From an uncultured Planctomycetaceae bacterium (GTDB lineage: Bacteria; Planctomycetota; Planctomycetia; Pirellulales; UBA7805), in assembly GCA_964385715.1 (NCBI GenBank), contig CAYLRE010000002.1, positions 1,427 through 65,426 of the forward strand: a stretch of DNA of 64,000 nucleotides, written 5' to 3'. Position numbers and translations under genes: made by a program. Shown piece by piece: positions 47,717 to 59,313 of this stretch. The notes below the pieces were generated by a model, which saw only the letters and a list, made by a program, of their open reading frames with translations, made no database searches and was not told the origin of the DNA. Numbering within the stretch: position 1 is the stretch's first letter; each line of letters starts with the position of its first letter.

Positions 47717-48847
47717 GTGACACAGCGCATCCTGCATATCATCGACACGCTTCAGCGGGGCGGCACCCAAACGTCGCTCTTGCAGCTGGCGACTGGTCTG
47801 CCGCCGGATCGCTTTGAAGTTCATGTCGCGGTACTGGAAGAGGCGGGCTCTGGCGACGCGGTCGGTTCGATCGAGTCCAATCTTCGTGCGGCCGACATTC
47901 CGGTCACCTTCATCGGTCGTCGGCACCGCATCGATCCGCTAACCTACGCGAGGTTGCGATTTTTTGTGAAGCGACGGCGGCCTGCGCTTGTGCACAATTG
48001 GGGATTCGCCGCCAATAGTTATGGTCGCAGCGCGGCACTCGCCGCCAAGGTGAAGGCGGTCGTGGCCGACGAGTCGTGCGTCGACACCTGGAAACAGTGG
48101 TACCACCTGGCAGTCGATCGCCGGTTAACCAACATGACGTCACGGGTGGTGGTCCATTCTCACTCGGTTCGCGACTTCTACATCGCCCAAGGGATTCCGG
48201 CCGAGAAGATCACGCTCATTGCCAGCGGCGTGGCCGCGCACCCTACTCCATCACCAGACGCCATCTCGCGAGAGGATCTACTCGCCTTGCTCCAGCTGCC
48301 CTCCGATGCCCGACTGATTGGAGCACTCGGTGGCATTTCCCGTCGCAAGCAGCTACGCGATGTGGTGTGGGCGGAAGAGCTGCTACGCGTGGTACGGGAC
48401 GACGTGCATCTTCTCATCATCGGCGACGGTCCCGACCGCCAAGACCTGATGCGTTACCGCGATCAAGTCGGGCTGCGCAAGCGGGTCCATTTCCTCGGCC
48501 ATCGAGAAGACGCACTCGATCTGCTCAACCACATCGAAATGCTGCTGCTCGGCAGTCGTCATGAAGGGATGTCGTACCCCATTCTTGAGGCGATGGCGGC
48601 CGGGCTGCCGGTTATCTGCAGCGACATCCCGGGCAATCGCGAGCTCGTGGTGCCCGAAGAAACCGGCTACCTCGTTCCGGTCGGAGCCCGTGCCGGCCTG
48701 GCCCGCTACGCCAATATCTTGCTCGACGACACCGACCTGGCTAAGCAATTGGGCGAGGCCGGCCGGGCCCGCGTGACCTCGCAGTTTTCGCTTGCCCGTA
48801 TGATTGCGGCTCACAGTTCGCTCTACCACGAGCTGCTTGGTGCGTGA
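47717..48847 (+). CDS. Glycosyltransferase family 4 (GT-B fold)
   Basis: ILHIIDTLQRGGTQ is the N-terminal motif, and GSRHEGMSYPILEAMAAGLPVICSDIPGNRELV is the EX7E motif. Start is GTG. Confidence 0.82.
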   Translation: MTQRILHIIDTLQRGGTQTSLLQLATGLPPDRFEVHVAVLEEAGSGDAVGSIESNLRAADIPVTFIGRRHRIDPLTYARLRFFVKRRRPALVHNWGFAANSYGRSAALAAKVKAVVADESCVDTWKQWYHLAVDRRLTNMTSRVVVHSHSVRDFYIAQGIPAEKITLIASGVAAHPTPSPDAISREDLLALLQLPSDARLIGALGGISRRKQLRDVVWAEELLRVVRDDVHLLIIGDGPDRQDLMRYRDQVGLRKRVHFLGHREDALDLLNHIEMLLLGSRHEGMSYPILEAMAAGLPVICSDIPGNRELVVPEETGYLVPVGARAGLARYANILLDDTDLAKQLGEAGRARVTSQFSLARMIAAHSSLYHELLGA

Positions 48848-49123
48848 ACAAGCAGAGTAAGTGTGCCGGACGGGAATCTGGCGTCTGGCGAAGCACCGGA
48901 GCCGGCTCAGACCGAACGATCGCGGCAGCCGCACGTTTTCGCACGCCCATCGACCAAAAAGTTGCCGGCTTTCGGCTTTCTTATCGCTAGGTGCGCGCGT
49001 TAGAATGATTTCGCTCGGCCCGCGGGACGCGTCTTTTGCAGTGTTCTTGCAAGAGACACCCGGGCGAATCCCCGCGTTTGCTTTCAAGCGCGGTAGCTGC
49101 AAGCTAACAAGGAAGGAACAGCG

Positions 49124-50374
<1,251 letters not shown>

Positions 50375-50391
50375 AAGGCGCGAAGGCTGCT

Positions 50392-50417
50392 GTAGAGCGG
50401 TCTCCCGACCGCTCTAC
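50392..50417 (+). repeat. Perfect hairpin GTAGAGCGG-tctcccga-CCGCTCTAC just after glgC
   Basis: 9-bp stem and 8-nt loop, 18 nt after the glgC stop, with no following T-run. Confidence 0.7.
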
Positions 50418-50489
50418 CCCAAGGACCGCCCGTCTTTAGATTCCGGTCTCCGAATTCGCGAGATTGTGAGGAGACCTTCGGTCGACCAG

Positions 50490-50515
50490 GTGGGCTGGTC
50501 AGGAGACCAGCCCAC
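50490..50515 (+). repeat. Perfect hairpin GTGGGCTGGTC-agga-GACCAGCCCAC
   Basis: 11-bp stem and 4-nt loop. It shares the GGTCTCC/GGAGACC core with neighbouring hairpins at 50392-50417 and 50445-50476. Confidence 0.7.
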
Positions 50516-50588
50516 AACGAGCACAGGACGAGGTCGCGTGCGAGCCACGGCAACGCCGCGAGTGGACGTGCCACTCCACTTCACCGAA

Positions 50589-50617
50589 CACTGGCTGACA
50601 AGCAGCCAGTGGCACCC
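50589..50617 (+). repeat. REP-like repeat, long-stem variant (CACTGGCTG-ACAAG-CAGCCAGTG-GCACCC)
   Basis: 9-bp perfect stem, the same ACAAG loop as the 28898 copy, and the GCACCC tail. Confidence 0.8.
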
Positions 50618-50648
50618 TCGAAATCACCCCCCCTTTCCCCACCGCGCA

Positions 50649-50723
50649 TAAAAAAGGCTCCCGGTATTAGCTGTTCGGAGTCCCAGGGGGGCAAAGGACG
50701 CCAGCTAACTAATATCCGGGAGC
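50649..50723 (-). terminator. Long-stem rho-independent terminator for minus-strand transcription
   Basis: On the minus strand, GCTCCCGGaTATTAGttaGCTG (50702-50723) pairs with CAGCTAATACCGGGAGC (50657-50673). CTTTTTTAT follows (A-run at 50648-50656 on the + strand). Confidence 0.6.
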
Positions 50724-50735
50724 GATTGGTTTGTC

Positions 50736-51032
50736 TCACGCCTTGCGGGCATGAAAACCGGAGCCGAGGCCCCGTTCGCTTTTTGTATTGCGAGCGGTCA
50801 AGCTGGCATCCTTGCCAAAATTGAACCGCCACGTTTTCGGTCCGCAGCACAACGCCAGGCGAAGTACCAGATGCAGGACCCAGTCGCCGTCAACTTTCAC
50901 GTCGCATGATGTTTGAATCATGTCGCCCTGCTCGTCATCCATGACTTGCAAAACGTGTGACGTGTGTTGGCCAGCGGCTGCATTGCTCAACTCACGAGGC
51001 GGGAGAGTATGAGAATGACCATAAGCGGTCAA
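50736..51032 (-). CDS. Possible small protein (98-aa ORF), weak call
   Basis: The ORF ends 13 nt before the minus-strand terminator and is co-directional with the LRR genes. It has no recognisable family, and shorter starts are possible. Confidence 0.3.
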   Translation of the reverse strand: MTAYGHSHTLPPRELSNAAAGQHTSHVLQVMDDEQGDMIQTSCDVKVDGDWVLHLVLRLALCCGPKTWRFNFGKDASLTARNTKSERGLGSGFHARKA

Positions 51033-51202
51033 GGGCGATTCAACAAAGTTTTCAGAATTATTTCTGACTACCGCGCTGCACCGCTAGCAGTTTGCCAACA
51101 GCGCGCAAAACACCCGAAAAAACAAGGCTGAAAACGACGCGAGCAAACCGAAGCAACTGCTATCACGCGGGGTGAATCGGGAGGAAAGAAAGCAGTGCGC
51201 AA

Positions 51203-52216
51203 TTACGGCCACACCATCTCTATGTCCTGCTCAGTCCCATCGCGGCCGTAGGCATCTTTGAATTCGCATTGCGGCAGCGCCGCTCGCAGCAGTTGGAGCT
51301 GGGAATGCTCGTGTTCTCGCAAAGCCGGATGCAGAATGTCGGCCGACTTCCCGGCAACAATCACGTTGCCAAGCACCAATCGCCTGAGACGCTTGAGTTT
51401 GCCGAGCGCCAATAGATCGTCGACAGTAACATTCTCCAAGAAGAGACCTTCCAGCTTTTCGAGTTTCGCCAACGGCGTGAGATCCTTCGCCTGTACTTTA
51501 TCCAGATAGAGCCAACGAAGATTCTCCAGCTCTGCCAGTGGAGAAAGATCGGTTTCGACCTGCACCGTCAGCGCGAGATATTCCAAATTGGTCAACGTCG
51601 CCAACGGCCGCAGGTCATCGATACTTGTGTTCGAAAGCTCCAGGCTCTTGAGGCCGGTAAGTTTGCCGAGCGAGTTGAGATCATCAGTTCGCGATTCGTT
51701 AGACGAATCAACAAACACTAGACTGACGAGCTCGTCGAGCCCCGCGATCGCTTCAAAGTTGGGCAGTACAAAGTCTTCAATCTCCAAGAGTCGGAGACGA
51801 TGGAACGCCCCCAGGGGGGTAAGGTCATATCCGGCTTCGTTCGCCGGCGTTTCATTGCCTCCGCTCCCTGCCGGTGGGGTTAATCGAACTCCTATAACCC
51901 GCTTTCCCAACTGCTGATCGATCCACCATGCCAACCTTCCACCTGGGGTCGGAACGATTTCGATTTCCGGTTCCAAGACCTTCCTCGGCCTGGAAAGCGA
52001 TATCTCCAAGTACCAATCGTAGACGTTCATGTCTTGTTGCTTGAGTTCCGCCACCACCTTTGCTTCCGCCCGTCGCTGCTGCAGCTCGTGCCCCAGCCAC
52101 GCCAGTGGCACCGACAGAATCGCCATGAGAATCAGCAGGGAGCGCAAACGGAACTGAAACCAGCGGCGACGGGGAGGTTTGGCTCCGCTCTCAGCGTTAT
52201 CCGCGGAATGAGACAT
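51203..52216 (-). CDS. Membrane-anchored leucine-rich repeat protein (paralog 1)
   Basis: N-terminal RRRWFQFRLRSLLILMAILSVPLAWLGHEL anchor, then about 22-residue LRRs (LxxLxxLxNLxxLxLxxxxxxD). Confidence 0.8.
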   Translation of the reverse strand: MSHSADNAESGAKPPRRRWFQFRLRSLLILMAILSVPLAWLGHELQQRRAEAKVVAELKQQDMNVYDWYLEISLSRPRKVLEPEIEIVPTPGGRLAWWIDQQLGKRVIGVRLTPPAGSGGNETPANEAGYDLTPLGAFHRLRLLEIEDFVLPNFEAIAGLDELVSLVFVDSSNESRTDDLNSLGKLTGLKSLELSNTSIDDLRPLATLTNLEYLALTVQVETDLSPLAELENLRWLYLDKVQAKDLTPLAKLEKLEGLFLENVTVDDLLALGKLKRLRRLVLGNVIVAGKSADILHPALREHEHSQLQLLRAALPQCEFKDAYGRDGTEQDIEMVWP

Positions 52217-52217
52217 G

Positions 52218-53168
52218 CTATGGCGTTAGGTTCAGGGGGACGGCAATACTACAGTCGGGCAGCGCCTTGCGAAGTGCCTGGAGCTGTTCATGCTCGTCGG
52301 CAACATGCTTGGGGTGATGTATTCCAACCAAGATCTCGCCTGCTACAGCAACGTTCTTGAACACCGCTCGTTTAAGGTTCGTCAGTCTTGCGATTGCCGA
52401 GATATCATCGATCGATGAATCCAGAATAAGGAGACCCTCGAGTTGGCGCAATTCTCCAAGTGAGGCCAGGTCTTTCGATCGTACGTTCTTGAGACGTAGC
52501 CAACGGAGACGCTTCAGGTCTGCCAAGGGCGCCAGATTTGCGCCCTTCGGGAGATCGATCACGAGGTTCTCAAGTTGCCTGAGCGGCGAGAGGATCGCCA
52601 GATCATCGAAGTTCGTTTCTGCCAGTATGGCCGTCTGGAGATTTGGCAAAGTCGACAGTGCCGACCAATCATCGACGTTCGCTCTCGTCACGAATAGAAC
52701 CGCAAGGCGGTCCAATGGAGTGAGGGCCGCTAGATTCGAAATCCGTACGTCTGAGATATCCAACAGCTGAAGACGGTCGAAGGCGGCCAAGGGCGCTAAA
52801 TCCTGGACGACCCCATCCGTAATATGGTAGTCGACTACATATACTCGCGGCCCCAGCCTTCGGTCCTTCCACGCCTCCCAACGTGTTTGTTCGCGAAGTT
52901 CGCCGAGACGGACCTCGAACCCGTGCTCCTCGGGTACCTTCAATCTCTGGAAGTACTCAAATTCGACGGAACCTCCCGAAGCCTTCACGATCGAGACGGA
53001 CCTCTCTTCCGCCCACCGCAACCGCAGCTCGTGCCCCAGCCACGCTAGGGGCACCGACAAAATCGCCATAAGAATCAGCAACGACCGCAGGCGGAATTGA
53101 TACCAGCGGCGAGGGGGTTTGACGGCGCGCGTAGATTCGTCGCTCGTCGATATATCAGCTGCCGACAT
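52218..53168 (-). CDS. Membrane-anchored leucine-rich repeat protein (paralog 2)
   Basis: The N-terminus PRRWYQFRLRSLLILMAILSVPLAWLGHEL is nearly identical to paralog 1, and LRRs follow. Its stop is 1 nt before the paralog 1 start. Confidence 0.8.
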   Translation of the reverse strand: MSAADISTSDESTRAVKPPRRWYQFRLRSLLILMAILSVPLAWLGHELRLRWAEERSVSIVKASGGSVEFEYFQRLKVPEEHGFEVRLGELREQTRWEAWKDRRLGPRVYVVDYHITDGVVQDLAPLAAFDRLQLLDISDVRISNLAALTPLDRLAVLFVTRANVDDWSALSTLPNLQTAILAETNFDDLAILSPLRQLENLVIDLPKGANLAPLADLKRLRWLRLKNVRSKDLASLGELRQLEGLLILDSSIDDISAIARLTNLKRAVFKNVAVAGEILVGIHHPKHVADEHEQLQALRKALPDCSIAVPLNLTP

Positions 53169-53333
53169 GGAACTCGCCCCGTTCTAGAGTGCCTGTTCAA
53201 GAATGAGTGCCACAGGGGACAGATACAAGTTTTCGGATTCGATCTAATCCGAATCGAAAACCACTTCGCCGAAAATTGTACCAGACCCCGCGCAAGCGAA
53301 TGGTAGCCGATAGCCCACTCACATGCCGGCCAT

Positions 53334-56717
<3,384 letters not shown>

Positions 56718-56752
56718 GGGTGAGATGCCTTATTCGGCGGCGGACTAGCCGG

Positions 56753-57310
56753 TCAACTTTCGGCGTTCGCGAAGAAGTCCTGTTTGGTGAAGATCGGGTC
56801 GTACTTGTAGCCCCGCTCGGCAAACAGCTCGCGGGCTCCTGCTTCGCGGTCGACGAGGGCCAGAATCGCCACGATGCGACCGCCGGCCGCCTCGATCGCG
56901 TCGATCGCCTTGAGCGACGATCCGCCCGAAGTGACAACGTCTTCCAAGATCACGACGTTGGCATTTTCCGGAAACTTGCCTTCGATCTTCTTCTGCATGC
57001 CGTGTTCTTTGGTCTCGGCTCGGACCCAAAAACCCTCCACATCGCGGCCATGGGTGTGGCAGCTGATCACAAAACTAGCGGTCAGCGGCACCGCTCCGAC
57101 CGCCATTCCACCGACGGAGTCGAACTCCAGATCTTTGACCCGGTCGTAGAACACCTCGCCAATTAGATGGGCACTCTCAGGCGAAACGGCGACCATGCGG
57201 CCGTCGATGTAGAAATCGCTGGTGGCGCCGGAGGCCAATTTGACCTCACCACGGACAAAGGCCCGCTCTTCAATCAGCTCAAAAAGTCGCTTGGTGTTCG
57301 CATCTTGCAT
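56753..57310 (-). CDS. pyrE: Orotate phosphoribosyltransferase
   Basis: VVILEDVVTSGGS is the PRPP motif, with LASGATSDFYIDGR. 185 aa, directly upstream of carB. Confidence 0.88.
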   Translation of the reverse strand: MQDANTKRLFELIEERAFVRGEVKLASGATSDFYIDGRMVAVSPESAHLIGEVFYDRVKDLEFDSVGGMAVGAVPLTASFVISCHTHGRDVEGFWVRAETKEHGMQKKIEGKFPENANVVILEDVVTSGGSSLKAIDAIEAAGGRIVAILALVDREAGARELFAERGYKYDPIFTKQDFFANAES

Positions 57311-57400
57311 GACAGAGGTATCCGTGGGTGGGAAGTGCTGGGGGTGGGGGCGGGATCGGGCGTCGCGCTCCGGTCAATTCTATCAGTCTCCACGCGTGAA

Positions 57401-57507
57401 TTCAGCCGGGCACGGGGGCGAGCCGCCGCACCTGAGATGGCCTTCGTTCACGACCACAAATCGTGTTACTCAGGGGGGTTACGCTACGTGAGATGGGCCC
57501 GGCTGAA
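57401..57507. repeat. Perfect 11-bp inverted repeat TTCAGCCGGGC / GCCCGGCTGAA enclosing 85 nt
   Basis: Arms are at 57401-57411 and 57497-57507. Inside, TGAGATGG occurs twice (57433-57440, 57489-57496), and there is a small hairpin CACGA-ccacaaa-TCGTG. It lies in the pyrE/argH divergent intergenic region. Confidence 0.75.
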
Positions 57508-57617
57508 ACGCTGCCCGTCAGGTCGGCCCCGGTCCGGTTCTTGCGGATTAGGCTGACGTGGCTGCCGTAGCCCCATTCCTGAGCTGTCTGCCGCGCTTTC
57601 TGAGAGCCGGCGAATCG

Positions 57618-57646
57618 TTGACAGTTCGCCGTAACCTGTTTAGAGT
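57618..57646 (+). promoter_or_regulatory. Candidate sigma-70-type promoter for argH
   Basis: TTGACA (57618-57623), a 17-nt spacer, then TAGAGT (57641-57646), about 56 nt upstream of GTG 57703. Confidence 0.4.
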
Positions 57647-57702
57647 AAATATGTTGCTGAAATTCCTCCCTCCCCCACCGTCTCTTATTTGAGGCCGCCA
57701 GC

Positions 57703-59088
57703 GTGTCCACTCCTTCGCGTAGCGGTGTCCTGGGCGCCGATGTCGATCCGCGTGTCGAGAAGTTCGCCGAAAGTGTGAGCTTCGACCGCCGCCTTTATGC
57801 GCACGATATTCGTGGCTCGCTCGCGCACGCAAAAATGCTGGCCCAAGTCGGCCTGATCAGCGGAGATGAGTGCCAGAAAATTGAGCAGGCACTCGAAGAA
57901 ATCCGCTCCCAGATCGAACAAGGCGACTTCCAATACGACATTCGCCTGGAAGATATACACATGCACGTTGAGCACGCTCTGATCGAGCGGCTCGGCGATG
58001 TTGGCCGCAAGTTGCACACAGCCCGTAGCCGCAACGATCAAGTTTCAACCGATTTCCGCATGTGGACTCGCGACGCGATCGACCAGATCGACGCACGATT
58101 GGCGGAACTTCAGGCGGCGCTGGTGGCCCGCGCGGAAGCCGATCTCGATGTGGTGATGCCGGCCTACACGCATCTGCGACGAGCCCAACCGGTGCTCGCC
58201 GCGCACGCTTATTTGTGCCATGTGGAACGCTTGGCCCGCGATCGAACGCGACTGGCCGACGCCAGGCGCCGGGTGAATGTGCTGCCCTTGGGTGGCGGTG
58301 CCCTGGCCGGAACGACACTGCCAATCGATCGGGAAATGGTTCGCCGGGAGTTGGAATTTGATTCCGTAGCGGCCAACAGTCTCGACACTTCGAGCGATCG
58401 CGACTTCGTCGTCGAGGTGGCGTTCGCGCTCTCGCTGGTCGCCGAGCACCTGAGCAGTTGGGCCGAAGAGTGGATTCTGTGGTCGACAACGGAGTTTGGT
58501 TTTCTGACCTTACCGCACGAGTTCTGCACCTGCAGCTCGATGATGCCGCAGAAAATCAACCCCGACGTGCTGGAGCTGATCCGCGGTAAGACCGGCCGCT
58601 GCGTTGGCAACCTGATGTCGTTGTTAACGCTGATCAAAGGCTTGCCGCCGGCGTACAACCGCGATCTTCAAGAAGACAAACAACCGCTGTTCGACTCGTT
58701 CGACACCGTCGATGCCTGTTTGGAATTGGCGGCTGCGGTGACCGCGGGAGCGGAACTGAATCGCGAATCGATCGCGGAGAGAATTGAAGAAGGCTTCTTG
58801 GACGCGACGACGCTGATGGAATATCTGGTGGCCCAGGGAGCCCCGCAGCGAACGGCCCACCACGCCGTGGGGACGCTCGTCGGTTTGGCTACGGACCGAG
58901 GCGTAACGCTCAGCGAACTTTCGCTCGACGACATTCGCGGCTGCGACCCGTTGCTCGCCAACATCGACGAAGGCGTCTACGAAGTGCTTGGCACGGAGCA
59001 AGCAGTGCGGGCTTTCACCAGCTTCGGCTCGACTGCACCGGATCGCGTCGCCGAACAAGTAGCTCATTGGAAACAACAACTAAATTGA
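57703..59088 (+). CDS. argH: Argininosuccinate lyase
   Basis: SFDRRLYAHDIRGSLAHAKML, TARSRNDQV and SSMMPQKINPDVLELIRGK are fumarate-lyase family signatures. Start is GTG. Confidence 0.92.
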   Translation: MSTPSRSGVLGADVDPRVEKFAESVSFDRRLYAHDIRGSLAHAKMLAQVGLISGDECQKIEQALEEIRSQIEQGDFQYDIRLEDIHMHVEHALIERLGDVGRKLHTARSRNDQVSTDFRMWTRDAIDQIDARLAELQAALVARAEADLDVVMPAYTHLRRAQPVLAAHAYLCHVERLARDRTRLADARRRVNVLPLGGGALAGTTLPIDREMVRRELEFDSVAANSLDTSSDRDFVVEVAFALSLVAEHLSSWAEEWILWSTTEFGFLTLPHEFCTCSSMMPQKINPDVLELIRGKTGRCVGNLMSLLTLIKGLPPAYNRDLQEDKQPLFDSFDTVDACLELAAAVTAGAELNRESIAERIEEGFLDATTLMEYLVAQGAPQRTAHHAVGTLVGLATDRGVTLSELSLDDIRGCDPLLANIDEGVYEVLGTEQAVRAFTSFGSTAPDRVAEQVAHWKQQLN

Positions 59089-59127
59089 TGAGACGACAAT
59101 CTCGACTCAACGGCACGAGCACAACAG

Positions 59128-59150
59128 CACTGGCAGAGCCAGTGGCACCC
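59128..59150 (+). repeat. REP-like repeat (CACTGGC-AGA-GCCAGTG-GCACCC)
   Basis: Exact consensus copy 40 nt after the argH stop. Confidence 0.8.
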
Positions 59151-59201
59151 TTTACTAACCCGAAACGTCAGTGAGGGACACAACCAGACCGTTAGCCACT
59201 G

Positions 59202-59246
59202 CATTGCTGGTCCACGAAATAGCAACAGGACCAGCAGTGGCATCCC
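59202..59246 (+). repeat. REP-like repeat, degenerate long-loop variant (CATTGCTGGTCC-N14-GGACCAGCAGTG-GCATCC)
   Basis: 12-bp stem with one mismatch, and a tail of GCATCC instead of GCACCC. Confidence 0.65.
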
Positions 59247-59313
59247 TCAACTCGACATGACAACTTGATTTGCCGGCATTGAAGTAATCGAGACTCCCCG
59301 GCGACGAAACACC

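Noticed and set aside
57429-57442. CCTGAGATGG as a PyrR-binding anti-antiterminator loop (consensus roughly UCCAGAGAGG) for pyrE
   Set aside because: The similarity is loose and needs indels. The motif lies on the plus strand, whereas pyrE is transcribed from the minus strand. No adjacent terminator/antiterminator alternative could be drawn.
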